DNA of 49,982 nt from a virus (taxonomy: Duplodnaviria; Heunggongvirae; Uroviricota; Caudoviricetes). This document shows positions 1 to 11,290 of the stretch, piece after piece. The stretch is from the IMG/VR virus record IMGVR_UViG_2588253749_000002, one strand, 5' to 3'. Position 1 is the first letter of the stretch. Each line of letters starts with the position of its first letter. Below the pieces are notes generated by a model. The model searched no databases. It saw only the letters and a list, made by a program, of their open reading frames with translations, and had not been told where the DNA came from. The position numbers and the translations under genes were made by a program.

Positions 1-1074
1 TCATTTGTCGATTTCAATTTTGTCCCATTCCCGTCCACGGCTGTCCCTATACCGCGCCGCCATTGAGTCTGATTTATGCCCGAGAAGACGTTGAGCAAAC
101 TTATCGCCAATCTGGTTCCGGTATAGCCTCGCTGACAGGCTACGCAGTTCATGGAATGTTGGCGGGTTTCCATCAAATGAGAGTCCAGATGCATTTCTCG
201 CCTTTGTAAAATACTTTGATACTGTTTTCGGGGAAAGCGGATCGTGATGCTTTGATGCGATTATAGTTTCACTGCTGCTGGCCTCCCTGCATTTCTGTAG
301 TGTATCAGCCAATGAGATATTGAGCGCGTCAATCGTTAGCGTTAGCGGAATGGCGAGTTTAGCCCCTGTTTTACTCTGTTCAATGTGAAGATGGTTGTCG
401 TTTATGTCTGACCATTTCATTCTGCACAAATCGCCGACTCTCTGCCCTGTAACGACGGCCAAATCCATCGCCAGCCTTAGCCAGATAGGGAGAGGTTCGG
501 CTGCATGGTAAATCTCGACATACTCATTAGCTGTCAGCCTTGAGCGCCTTACTTCTGACTTTGCTGTACGGGTTGCTGTTACCGGATTCGTTGCCACATG
601 CCCCTCGGCTATTGCTTCACGAAAAACGTCAACAAGGGTTGACCTGATTAATTTTGCGGAAGCTGCTTTACCTTCTGCTACGTAGGTGTTTAGCATTGCT
701 GCCACTTCTTTCGTTGATATGTCAGTGAGCGGTTTGTCCGGCAATTTTCTTCGGATTGCCCTGATTTTGCTGGCGTAGTCGAGTAGAGTTTTCGGCCTGA
801 TCCCCCTTTCGGTGAGGATTCTTTCATATCGGTCAAGCCACACATGAAGAGTGATTGCGTCACCGCCTTTAATTCTGTCTATCAGTGATTTGCGTCCGCT
901 GTCTGAGAGTAACTCAATATTGGCCTGTATTGCTTCAGTAATTGCTATCCTCCTGTCTCTGCCTAATCCGAACTCTTTACCCGTCCTTGGGTCCCTGTAG
1001 CAGTAATATCCATTGTTTCTTATATAAAGGTTAGGGGGTAAATCCCGGCGCTCATGACTTCGCCTTCTTCCCAT
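1..1074 (-). CDS. int: Tyrosine integrase, lambda Int family
   Basis: 357-aa ORF closely resembling lambda Int over its length; stop codon is the first 3 nt of the window; followed by overlapping xis. Confidence 0.9.
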   Translation of the reverse strand: MGRRRSHERRDLPPNLYIRNNGYYCYRDPRTGKEFGLGRDRRIAITEAIQANIELLSDSGRKSLIDRIKGGDAITLHVWLDRYERILTERGIRPKTLLDYASKIRAIRRKLPDKPLTDISTKEVAAMLNTYVAEGKAASAKLIRSTLVDVFREAIAEGHVATNPVTATRTAKSEVRRSRLTANEYVEIYHAAEPLPIWLRLAMDLAVVTGQRVGDLCRMKWSDINDNHLHIEQSKTGAKLAIPLTLTIDALNISLADTLQKCREASSSETIIASKHHDPLSPKTVSKYFTKARNASGLSFDGNPPTFHELRSLSARLYRNQIGDKFAQRLLGHKSDSMAARYRDSRGREWDKIEIDK

Positions 1075-1270
1075 TTCTGATCCTCTTCAAAAGGCTACCT
1101 GTTACTGGTCGATTTAAGTCAACCTTTACCGCTGATTCGTGGAACAGATACTCTCTTCCATCCTTAACCGGAGGAGGGAATATCCTGCACTCGCGTACCC
1201 ATCGACGAACTGTTTCAAGGCTTCTTGGGCGTCGCTGGCGTGCGTTCCACTCCTGAAGTGTCAAGTACAT
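1052..1270 (-). CDS. xis: Excisionase
   Basis: 72-aa ORF near-identical to lambda Xis (MYLTLQEWNARQRRPRSLETVRRW...); overlaps int start as in lambda. Confidence 0.9.
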   Translation of the reverse strand: MYLTLQEWNARQRRPRSLETVRRWVRECRIFPPPVKDGREYLFHESAVKVDLNRPVTGSLLKRIRNGKKAKS

Positions 1271-1295
1271 CGCAAAGTCTCCGCAATTACACGCA

Positions 1296-1317
1296 AGAAA
1301 AAACCGCCATCAGGCGG
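1296..1317 (-). terminator. Putative rho-independent terminator upstream of xis (minus-strand sense)
   Basis: CCGCC-ATCA-GGCGG hairpin preceded on the plus strand by an A-run (T-run on minus strand); coordinates approximate. Confidence 0.35.
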
Positions 1318-1490
1318 CTTGGTGTTCTTTCAGTTCTTCAATTCGAATATTGGTTACGTCTGCATGCGCTATCTGCGCCCATATCATCCAGTGGTTATAG
1401 CAGTCGTTGATGTTCTCTGCTTCGATAACCCTGTTGAATGGCTCTCCATTCCATTCACCTGTGACTCGGAAGTGCATTTATCATCTCCAT

Positions 1491-1514
1491 AAAACAAAAC
1501 TCGCCGTAGCGAGT
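1491..1514 (-). terminator. Putative terminator downstream of the 1566-1865 ORF
   Basis: ACTCGC-CGTA-GCGAGT hairpin with T-run on minus strand (AAAACAAA on plus); coordinates approximate. Confidence 0.35.
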
Positions 1515-1565
1515 TCAGATAAAAGAAATCCCCGCGAGTGCGAGGATAGTTACTTGTTCATATTA

Positions 1566-1865
1566 TTAATCGTCAATGTATTTTGAGCATTGTGGGCAAT
1601 CATCGATCCCACAATACGATTCATATGCATCCTTTATTGCGTCGCGGGCTTCAGTAAGAGTATTGAATAAGTTGCAGCTATTATCTTTTTGATATAGGTA
1701 AGTTCCTAATTTATAAGCAGAAGAAGCATCATTTTCGCTGTCTAAAATTACATCGTTATGGATTCTGCACCTTGCAAGAACTCCTGATCCCATAAGGGTC
1801 TGCATAGCCCATTGCTCTTGATCTTCACACAAATCATGAATGCTCATTTCAACACCTCTCTTCAC
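1566..1865 (-). CDS. Hypothetical small protein with C-terminal Cys cluster (CGIDDCPQC); accessory-type gene
   Basis: 99-aa ORF flanked by a very AT-rich upstream region (1866-1960) and a downstream hairpin with T-run; no family recognised. Confidence 0.5.
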   Translation of the reverse strand: MKRGVEMSIHDLCEDQEQWAMQTLMGSGVLARCRIHNDVILDSENDASSAYKLGTYLYQKDNSCNLFNTLTEARDAIKDAYESYCGIDDCPQCSKYIDD

Positions 1866-2657
1866 GTTTCACACACGTTAAGATTAACAGTGTTTTTACA
1901 TGCTTTGGAAGATTTATTTTATAAAAACTCTTTTAATACAAATAGATATAATAGTTCACTATTATAGCTCCTTTAATCGAGGCGGTTCTGGTAGAGGCAT
2001 CCAGTGGGTTACACCGCCAATTGGCTCATCGTCGTCGTACTCCAATGCGGCTATATAGAACCCGTCACGACGAGAATAAGAAATCCCGGACATTACAATG
2101 CCATCCGAAACAACAATAATGTCACCCGTTTCTTTCGGCATTCGCTCACTACAGCTTATCCAACCATCCGGAGTCACCGGAAGCGAGAACGGCAGCACAT
2201 CTCTGTGAACAAGTTTTTGCTGTGACAGGTTATCCAGAACTTTCTGTACTGCTGCATCACCGAATACACCAAGCGCATCTGCCATAACTCCTACAACCTG
2301 ATAAGCCTCAGCGCATACCGTGGATAAACCATCCGGAATTACCGGAGAGTTGCCGGGTTCTTTAATGTGCAAGCGAGGCTCACCATCTTTTGGTTCAGGC
2401 CACTGGCGCTCCATGTTGATCTTCAATTTATCTTCCATAGCAGCGGTAATTTCAGCATCGCTGATGCCAGCACGGCGCTGTGCATCCCACAACAGGAAAT
2501 GCATATCAGCCCACTCGCTGAGATCGTCTGGTTCGGCTGCGGCTTCCAGAGCCTCTTTTGAGAGGTGTTTCAGTGGACCAATGGGGCCAACGCAGCCAAA
2601 TGTGGAGTCAGACCATTTGGCATGCTCGTGGCGAATCAGTTCGCGTTCCAGTGATGC

Positions 2658-4665
<2,008 letters not shown>

Positions 4666-4714
4666 TCAAGCGGATTTTTAATGAACAATTCAATACGTTC
4701 TTTGGTAATAGTGG

Positions 4715-4924
4715 TCATGTGTTAATCCTCAAAACTTTATGCCCGGGCGCAAAAGTACGTGTTTTGTCTTTGCTTATTCGCCACCCGTCTTTACGGGCCT
4801 CTTTTGCACAACCAGACCATGACGTACCGATATACTCACCGAAGTCTGGCACTGGATATACACCTTCCGTACACTGGCGACAATCACAATAGAGATGCAT
4901 GGTGTAACTTGCAGCGATAGCCAT
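4715..4924 (-). CDS. Hypothetical Cys-rich small protein
   Basis: 69-aa ORF; AAGGAG-like RBS upstream; stop overlaps start of the DUF550 gene (ATGA). Confidence 0.5.
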   Translation of the reverse strand: MAIAASYTMHLYCDCRQCTEGVYPVPDFGEYIGTSWSGCAKEARKDGWRISKDKTRTFAPGHKVLRINT

Positions 4925-4925
4925 A

Positions 4926-5114
4926 TCACTCTCCTTTAGTCCGCAAGTAGTTTTTCCAGCGGTTTTGCGCCGCGCTGGGCTTTTTGCAACAACTGTGACC
5001 CATCACCCCGCAACACCCCATCAACCTCACTCGTCTGTTACTAATCCTCACCCATCGCCAGACCCCAACACCGTTTCTGCGAGCTAACAGAATCTTTGCT
5101 TTACGGTTTTTCAT
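4926..5114 (-). CDS. Hypothetical basic small protein with CC...CC motif
   Basis: 62-aa ORF with AGGAGAG RBS 7 nt upstream of ATG; tightly packed against the next gene; no homology recognised. Confidence 0.3.
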   Translation of the reverse strand: MKNRKAKILLARRNGVGVWRWVRISNRRVRLMGCCGVMGHSCCKKPSAAQNRWKNYLRTKGE

Positions 5115-5286
5115 CGTTTTGCTCTCCTGCGTCTCTTTGCTGCTCGTCGTGCCGCTGCAATACCGGTATGGCGGCGCTTTGGTGCCGGGATGATGTTGTC
5201 AGTCATCAGGACATGTGGCTTTGCAATTAGCGCAGAAGCCCAAAAACGAGTCGGGTACGGTAACAAGCCGATACATGCCACACGCA

Positions 5287-5976
5287 CTACTCACCTCCGT
5301 TGATGCGAATGCCAGCGGCACGGGAATCATTCCATCGCTTTACTTCTTCACGAATTACGTCAATGCATTCTTTCGAATCCATTAGGTAATCTTCATCAAA
5401 AAGCCTTTCCTGTTCGTTTTCTATCGCAACAATGATTGCTTCAACTAACTTTTGTGCCTGAGAACCACTTTCTAACTCTGCAATGCGCTTCTCTGCGGCT
5501 TCCAGCTTCTCGCGCATATCGTCAACGTACTCGACCAGAGAACCGCCAGCAGGAATTTCGCACTCCTCGACCGGTTGGAAGTAGATATCAGCTGCGGCCC
5601 GTGTGTTGCTATGCCTAGCGTCGCCCATCTCACCTTCACGAAGAGCATCGCGTTCGGCGGTAAGATTGGCTATTTTGCTGTCTTTGCCTTCCAGCTCAAC
5701 GCGCAGCCTCCCAACCGTAAGCGCAATATCCTCGTTCTCCTGGTCGCGTGATTTGATGTGTTGCTGGTTTCTTTCCCGTTCATCCAGCAGCGCCAGCACG
5801 GTTTCTGGTCCAGTCAGAAATTTGAAGGCGTTGAGCGCATTAATATCCACACCGTAATCTTTAAGTTCCTGTTCGCTTATCAGATCATCATCAACTGGCA
5901 ACATTAACAGGCGTTCCATTGCCGGAATTGCACGCTCTGCCGCTTCACGCAGTGCCTGATAGTTAATTTCGCTCAC
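5287..5976 (-). CDS. Ea22-like early protein
   Basis: 229-aa acidic coiled-coil ORF (MSEINYQALREAAERA...) resembling the ead/Ea22 family of lambdoid phages. Confidence 0.7.
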   Translation of the reverse strand: MSEINYQALREAAERAIPAMERLLMLPVDDDLISEQELKDYGVDINALNAFKFLTGPETVLALLDERERNQQHIKSRDQENEDIALTVGRLRVELEGKDSKIANLTAERDALREGEMGDARHSNTRAAADIYFQPVEECEIPAGGSLVEYVDDMREKLEAAEKRIAELESGSQAQKLVEAIIVAIENEQERLFDEDYLMDSKECIDVIREEVKRWNDSRAAGIRINGGE

Positions 5977-6194
5977 TTCGAACCTCTCTGTTTACTGATA
6001 AGCTCCAGATCCTCCTGGCAACTTGCACAAGTCCGACAACCCTGAACGACCAGGCGTCTTCGTTCATCTATGGGATCGCCACACTCACAACAATGAGTGG
6101 CGGATATAGTCTGGTAGTTCAGACGACGCATTTTTATTGCTGTATTGCGCTGTAATTCTTCAATTTCTGATGCTGAATCAATGATGTTCGCCAT
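5973..6194 (-). CDS. TraR/DksA-family C4 zinc-finger protein
   Basis: 73-aa ORF with CxxC...CxxC (CCECGDPIDERRRLVVQGCRTCASC). Confidence 0.75.
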   Translation of the reverse strand: MANIIDSASEIEELQRNTAIKMRRLNYQTISATHCCECGDPIDERRRLVVQGCRTCASCQEDLELISKQRGSK

Positions 6195-6292
6195 CTTTCA
6201 TTAATCCCTGAATTGTTGGTTAATACGCTTGAGGGTGAATGCGAATAATAAAAAAGGAGCCTGTAGCTCCCTGATGATTTTGCTTTTCATGT

Positions 6293-6508
6293 TCACCGTT
6301 CCTTAAAGACGCCGTTTAACATACCGATTGCCAGACTTAAGTGAGTCGGTGTGAATCCCATCAGCGTTACCGTTTCGCGGTGCTTCTTCAGTACGCTACG
6401 GCAAATGTCATCGACGTTTTTATCCGGAAAATGCTGTCTGGCTTTTTTGATTTCAGAATTAGCCTGACGGGCAATGCTGCGAAGGGCGTTTTCTTGCTGA
6501 GGTGTCAT
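6293..6508 (-). CDS. Hypothetical small early protein
   Basis: Track ORF 6293-6574; likely start at internal ATG (MTPQQENAL...); position corresponds to the small ORFs left of exo in lambda. Confidence 0.4.
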   Translation of the reverse strand: MTPQQENALRSIARQANSEIKKARQHFPDKNVDDICRSVLKKHRETVTLMGFTPTHLSLAIGMLNGVFKER

Positions 6509-6584
6509 TGAACAAGCCCCATGTCGGCAAGCATAAGCACACAGAATATGAAGCCCGCTGCCAGAAAAATGCATTCAGTGGTTG

Positions 6585-6776
6585 TCATACCTGGTCTCTC
6601 TCATCTGCTTCTGCTTTCGCCACCATCATTTCCAGCTTTTGTGAAAGGGATGTGGCTAACGTATGAAATTCTTCGTCTGTTTCTACTGGTATTGGCACAA
6701 ACCTGACTCCAATTTGAGCAAGGCTATGTGCCATCTCAATACTCGTTCTTAACTCAACAGGAGATGCTTTGTGCAT
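6585..6776 (-). CDS. Hypothetical small early protein (possibly lambda orf63-like)
   Basis: 63-aa ORF immediately upstream of exo on the same strand. Confidence 0.5.
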   Translation of the reverse strand: MHKASPVELRTSIEMAHSLAQIGVRFVPIPVETDEEFHTLATSLSQKLEMMVAKAEADERDQV

Positions 6777-6927
6777 ACCGCCTCCCGTTTATTATTTATC
6801 TTCTCAGCCAGCCGCTGTGCTTTCAGTGGATTTCTGATAACAGAAAGGCCGGGAAATACCCAGCCTCGCTTTGTAACGGAGTAGACGAAAGTGATCGCGC
6901 CTACCCGGATATTATCGTGAGGATGCG

Positions 6928-7608
6928 TCATCGCCATTGCTCCCCAAATACAAAACCAATTTCAGCCAGTGCCTCGTCCATTTTTTCGATGAACTCCGGC
7001 ACCATCTCGTCAAAACTCGCCATGTACTTTTCATTCCGCTCAATCACGACATAATGCAGGCCTTCACGCTTCATGCGCGGGTCATAGTTGGCAAAGTACC
7101 AGGCATCTTTTCGCGTCACCCACATGCTGTACTGCACCTGGGCCATGTAAGCCGATTTTATTGCCTCGAAACCACCGAGCCGGAATTTCATGAAATCCCG
7201 GGAGGTAAACGGGCATTTCAGTTCAAGGCCGTTGCCGTCACTGCATAAACCATCGGGAGAGCAGGCGGTGCGCATACTTTCGTCGCGATAGATGATCGGG
7301 GATTCAGTAATATTCACGCCGGAAGTGAATTCAAACAGGGTTCTGGCGTCGTTCTCGTACTGTTTTCCCCAGGCCAGCGCCTTAGCATTAACTTCCGGAG
7401 CCACACCGGTGCAAACCTCAGCCAGCAGGGTGTGGAAGTAGGACATTTTCATGTCAGGCCACTTCTTTCCTGAGCGGGGCTTTGCTATCACGTTGTGAAC
7501 TTCTGAAGCGGTGATGACGCCGAGCCGTAATTTGTGCCATGCATCATCCCCCTGTTCGACAGCTCTCACGTCGATCCCGGTACGCTGCAGGATAATGTCC
7601 GATATCAT
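6928..7608 (-). CDS. exo: Exonuclease (Red alpha)
   Basis: 226-aa ORF near-identical to lambda Exo. Confidence 0.95.
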   Translation of the reverse strand: MISDIILQRTGIDVRAVEQGDDAWHKLRLGVITASEVHNVIAKPRSGKKWPDMKMSYFHTLLAEVCTGVAPEVNAKALAWGKQYENDARTLFEFTSGVNITESPIIYRDESMRTACSPDGLCSDGNGLELKCPFTSRDFMKFRLGGFEAIKSAYMAQVQYSMWVTRKDAWYFANYDPRMKREGLHYVVIERNEKYMASFDEMVPEFIEKMDEALAEIGFVFGEQWR

Positions 7609-8390
7609 GCTGCCACCTTCTGCTCAGTGGCTTTCTGTTTCAGGAATCCAAGAGCTTTCACTGCTTCGGCCTGTGTCAGTTCTGACGATGCGCGAATGTC
7701 GCGGCGAAATATCTGGGAACAGAGCGGCAATAAGTCGTCATCCCATGTTTTATCCAGGGCGATCAGCAGAGTGTTAATCTCCTGCATGGTTTCATCGTTA
7801 ACCGGAGTGATGTCGCGTTCTGGCTGACGTTCTGCAGTGTATGCAGTATTTTCGACAATGCGCTCGGCTTCATCCTTGTCATAGATACCAGCAAATCCGA
7901 AGGCCAGACGGGCACACTGAATCATGGCTTTATGCCGTAACATCCGTTTGGGATGCGACTGCCACGGCCCCGTGATTTCTCTGCCTTCGCGGGTTTTGAA
8001 TGGTTCGCGGCGGCATTCATCCATCCATTCGGTAACGCAGATCGGATGATTACGGTCCTTGCGGTAAATCCGGCATGTACAGGATTCATTGTCCTGCTCA
8101 AAGTCCATGCCATCAAACTGCTGGTTTTCATTGATGATGCGGGACCAGCCATCAACGCCCACCACCGGAACGATGCCATTCTGCTTATCAGGAAAGGCGT
8201 AAATTTCTTTCGTCCATGGATTAAGGCCGTACTGGTTGGCAACGATCAGTAATGCGATGAACTGCGCATCGCTGGCATCACCTTTAAATGCCGTCTGGCG
8301 AAGAGTGGTGATCAGTTCCTGTGGGTCGACAGAATCCATGCCGACACGTTCAGCCAGCTTCCCTGCCAGCGTTGCGAGTGCTGTACTCAT
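7605..8390 (-). CDS. bet: Recombination protein Bet (Red beta)
   Basis: 261-aa ORF near-identical to lambda Bet. Confidence 0.95.
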   Translation of the reverse strand: MSTALATLAGKLAERVGMDSVDPQELITTLRQTAFKGDASDAQFIALLIVANQYGLNPWTKEIYAFPDKQNGIVPVVGVDGWSRIINENQQFDGMDFEQDNESCTCRIYRKDRNHPICVTEWMDECRREPFKTREGREITGPWQSHPKRMLRHKAMIQCARLAFGFAGIYDKDEAERIVENTAYTAERQPERDITPVNDETMQEINTLLIALDKTWDDDLLPLCSQIFRRDIRASSELTQAEAVKALGFLKQKATEQKVAA

Positions 8391-8395
8391 CCGTT

Positions 8396-8692
8396 TTATA
8401 CCTCTGAATCAATATCAACCTGGTGGTGAGCAATGGTTTCAACCATGTACTGGATGTGTTCTGCCATGCGCTCCTGAAACTCAACATCGTCATCAAACGC
8501 ACGGGTAATGGCTTTTTTGCTGGCCCCGTGGCGTTGCAAATGATCGATGCATAGCGATTCAAACAGGTGCTGGGGCAGGCCTTTTTCCATGTCGTCTGCC
8601 AGTTCTGCCTCTTTCTCTTCACGGGCGATCTGCTGGTAGTGACGCGCCCAGCTCTGAGCCTCAAGACGATCCTGAATGTAATAAGCGTTCAT
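8396..8692 (-). CDS. gam: Host-nuclease (RecBCD) inhibitor Gam
   Basis: 98-aa ORF matching lambda Gam short form ([21 protein letters not shown]...). Confidence 0.9.
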   Translation of the reverse strand: MNAYYIQDRLEAQSWARHYQQIAREEKEAELADDMEKGLPQHLFESLCIDHLQRHGASKKAITRAFDDDVEFQERMAEHIQYMVETIAHHQVDIDSEV

Positions 8693-8768
8693 GGCTGACC
8701 TCCTGAAAATGGCTGTGAAAATATCGCCCGCGAAATGCCAGGCTGATTAGGAAAACAGGAAAGGGGGG

Positions 8769-9059
8769 TTAGTGATTCAGGCCGTTACCGCGTCCGTCGA
8801 GAAAAACTTCCACGAGCAAATCACTGGTATAAGTGCGCTCGATGCCGCGATGCAGATAAAGCCGTCCGCGTAAATTAGCTGATGCAGTCCAGGTACCATC
8901 TTTGTGTTTGACCAGCATTCCTGGCATGACCGCGCCGCGATTAACGGTCTGTGTTCCGTAATGTTGATGAACCATAAAAACTCCTGCCCGTAAGCTGGGC
9001 TGCTGAACATATAGAGACTTCTGCGCATATTCAGGCGGTGGATGGCCGCCGGTTGTCAT
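8769..9059 (-). CDS. Hypothetical protein in the kil/N position (first ORF downstream of PL)
   Basis: 96 aa from ATG with GAGG RBS; the ORF track extends it to a TTG at 9179, adding an Arg-rich N-terminus (see findings). Confidence 0.5.
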   Translation of the reverse strand: MTTGGHPPPEYAQKSLYVQQPSLRAGVFMVHQHYGTQTVNRGAVMPGMLVKHKDGTWTASANLRGRLYLHRGIERTYTSDLLVEVFLDGRGNGLNH

Positions 9060-9252
9060 AACTAAGCCGCCTCGTTGAAGCGACTGAGGTATGAAATGTT
9101 GAGTTAATTTCAGCTGGTCACACCGACGTTCACGCGTCCGTTTCACCCCTCGCACTCCCCGAAGCCTGCTGAAATTCAAACTGCGGATCTAAGCGGTCAT
9201 CGCAACGGTGAATCAGGTAGTTGCCGTATCGTTGTGTTGTTGCGATGAACTT

Positions 9253-9331
9253 ATTTAAAACTATAGTTGTTTTATCGTCAACAACAAAAGTTGTTTTATT
9301 GGTTGTTTTAGATATAACTGGTTGTATTTAG
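9253..9331 (-). promoter_or_regulatory. PL promoter with OL operator repeats
   Basis: Minus-strand TTGACG-17bp-TTAAAT embedded in palindrome GTTGTTGACGATAAAACAAC, plus AACAACTTTTGTTGTT and further GGTTGT half-sites; coordinates approximate. Confidence 0.5.
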
Positions 9332-9420
9332 GATGGATTTATTTTGTGACTTGAATCGCATAGCGATAACTGAAGCGAGGTTATGGTGGTTTTTTTAACG
9401 GTGTGTGTGATGAGGGGAGG

Positions 9421-9449
9421 GCAAAAGAAAACCCGGCACGGTGACCGGG
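9421..9449 (-). terminator. Rho-independent terminator downstream of cI
   Basis: CCCGG-CACGGTGA-CCGGG hairpin followed on the minus strand by TTTTCTTTT; coordinates approximate. Confidence 0.5.
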
Positions 9450-9570
9450 ATTCTTACGCCGTTAGGTAAAGATATTATTGCGGTGGCTTAATATTACTAC
9501 CTAGAGCAAAGATAGGAATTAGTTCTTTACTGAATGAGCACAATGCCCAGTTGATAATTTTTAATTGGTA

Positions 9571-10260
9571 CTACCCATGCTTCCTATATGTCTGCGGCAT
9601 GCTCCCAATAACCTTACCGAAGATGAACACCCGGTTCATCTCGTCTTTCTCGATCGGGTCCCACGGTGAGTAGCTTTTGTTATCAGAGATGACCAGCAGC
9701 TTATCCTTCATCATTTGCAGGCGCTTTACATGGGCTGTGTCGTCGTACAGAAACGCATAGATACCATCACCGTCGAAAGATTTAACTGTGATATCAACGA
9801 ACAGCAGATCACCTGGTTCGATCGTTCCTGACATGCTGTCACCACGCACGTTAATGATGCGGATATTTTCCGCCTTCCTACCATCGAACATGTGACGAGC
9901 ATCGTCAAACGAGTACTCAACCGAGCGTAGAACTTCTACAAACTCACGGTTGATGACTCCCGGCCCAGCACTGACTTCTATATCAAGAACGTCAATCTTG
10001 AAGTATTTGGAATGGCTGACAGTTGATTGTATTGGTTGCACTGTACTGTCTGACATATTTCCAACGCCAGAAGATAACCATTCTGCGCGCACACCCAAAG
10101 CGTTCGCGATCTCCACGATTTTAGTTGTTTGATTAGCTTTCCCTGTTTCGATTTTCTGAATAGCAGCCTGGCTAACCCCGACCAAATCCCCAAGCGCCTT
10201 TTGTGTAAGGCCTCGCGCTAATCTGGCTTCTTTAAGTCTTTCTGAGAGTGTTGTTTTCAT
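9571..10260 (-). CDS. cI: CI-type repressor (HTH plus S24 LexA-like peptidase domain)
   Basis: Track ORF 9571-10326; start taken at internal ATG (MKTTLSERLKEARLARGLTQKAL...) giving 229 aa; divergent from cro. Confidence 0.85.
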   Translation of the reverse strand: MKTTLSERLKEARLARGLTQKALGDLVGVSQAAIQKIETGKANQTTKIVEIANALGVRAEWLSSGVGNMSDSTVQPIQSTVSHSKYFKIDVLDIEVSAGPGVINREFVEVLRSVEYSFDDARHMFDGRKAENIRIINVRGDSMSGTIEPGDLLFVDITVKSFDGDGIYAFLYDDTAHVKRLQMMKDKLLVISDNKSYSPWDPIEKDEMNRVFIFGKVIGSMPQTYRKHG

Positions 10261-10301
10261 AGTCCAAATGTACAACCAAGGTTTTATTCCATCAAACGAA
10301 A

Positions 10302-10337
10302 ATGGTTGTTGACTAAAAACAACCATAGTTTTAATCT
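10302..10337 (+). promoter_or_regulatory. PR promoter with OR operator
   Basis: 25-bp palindrome ATGGTTGTT-GACTAAA-AACAACCAT containing -35 TTGACT, 17-bp spacer, -10 TAATCT; GGAGG RBS before cro. Confidence 0.6.
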
Positions 10338-10364
10338 TGATTCAAATTAACCACGGAGGTTGTT

Positions 10365-10595
10365 ATGAACCCAGCTATCAAAACAGCGATCAATATCGTT
10401 GGTTCACAAAAGAAACTGGGCGCTGCTTGCGAAGTTTCACAGCAGGCCGTCTATAAGTGGCTTCACAACAAAGCAAAGGTATCCCCTGAACATGTCGGCA
10501 GCATTGTTACGGCTACTGGTGGAGTAGTGAAGGCATACCAGATTCGCCCGGATCTTCCGAAGTTGTTTCCACACACCGAAAAGAACGCAGCTTAA
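10365..10595 (+). CDS. cro: Cro-like transcriptional regulator
   Basis: 76-aa HTH protein divergent from cI. Confidence 0.8.
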   Translation: MNPAIKTAINIVGSQKKLGAACEVSQQAVYKWLHNKAKVSPEHVGSIVTATGGVVKAYQIRPDLPKLFPHTEKNAA

Positions 10596-10607
10596 ATTTC
10601 CATTTCA

Positions 10608-10620
10608 CGCTCTTTAACAA
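10608..10620 (+). promoter_or_regulatory. boxA-like antitermination element (nutR position)
   Basis: CGCTCTTTAACAA directly downstream of cro, matching the boxA consensus; no boxB hairpin seen after it. Confidence 0.45.
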
Positions 10621-10664
10621 TAAGCAATCAACTTAACAGTCAATTCAAACTAAAGGAGTCAATT

Positions 10665-11204
10665 ATGCAACCACTTCCATACCAACAGACTAGCGGATTT
10701 AGCCCGACTGCGGTGATAAATCGTTCTCAAACAAAACAGGTGCCAGGCCACGAAAAAATCCGTGATGCCGTCCGCGCCTGGTCGGCTGTAGATAATCAGG
10801 ATGTCGTTGCCACACTCATTGTGAATGAGTATCGGGAGCAGGGCGGCGGCACCATCGATTTCCCTGATGATGTCAGCCGTGCACGCCAGAAGCTGTTCCG
10901 CTTCCTCGATAACAAATTCGATTCTGAAAAATACCGAAATAACGTGCGTGAACTGACCCCGGCAATTCTGGCGGTACTACCGCTGGAATATCGCGGTTAC
11001 CTGGTTGAGCAGGATAGCTTCATGGCCAGGTTGGCTGAAATGGAAAAGGAACTCAGTGAGGCAAAACAGGCTGTCATTCTCAACGCACCACGCCACCAGA
11101 AACTGAAGGAAATTAGTGAAGGTATTGTATCGATGTTTCGTGTGGACCCAGATCTGGCTGGTCCATTGATGGCGATGGTTACTACCATGCTGGGGGCGAT
11201 ATGA
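10665..11204 (+). CDS. CII-position regulator, YdaT-like family (tentative)
   Basis: 179-aa ORF in the cII position with RBS AAGGAG; recalled resemblance to prophage YdaT-family proteins. Confidence 0.5.
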   Translation: MQPLPYQQTSGFSPTAVINRSQTKQVPGHEKIRDAVRAWSAVDNQDVVATLIVNEYREQGGGTIDFPDDVSRARQKLFRFLDNKFDSEKYRNNVRELTPAILAVLPLEYRGYLVEQDSFMARLAEMEKELSEAKQAVILNAPRHQKLKEISEGIVSMFRVDPDLAGPLMAMVTTMLGAI

Positions 11205-11290
11205 CAGGTTCAGAAATGGCGAAAGCCGGTCTGCTGGAACAGAACCGACTTTCAGGTGCAAATCGTAACACACTCATTGCGGGAGGAATT

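Noticed and set aside
1139-1492. 117-aa plus-strand ORF spanning the xis 5' region and the intergenic terminators
   Set aside because: Overlaps xis antisense and runs through hairpin/terminator sequence; no RBS.
8777-9028. 83-aa ORF in an alternate frame within the kil-position ORF
   Set aside because: Fully nested in another frame of the more plausible ORF (which has a GAGG RBS); no independent support.
9300-9420. Possible small RNA between OL and the cI terminator (plus-strand T-run at about 9391-9397 preceded by weak palindromes)
   Set aside because: No convincing promoter plus stable hairpin combination; the region is better explained as extra operator half-sites and the cI 3' region.
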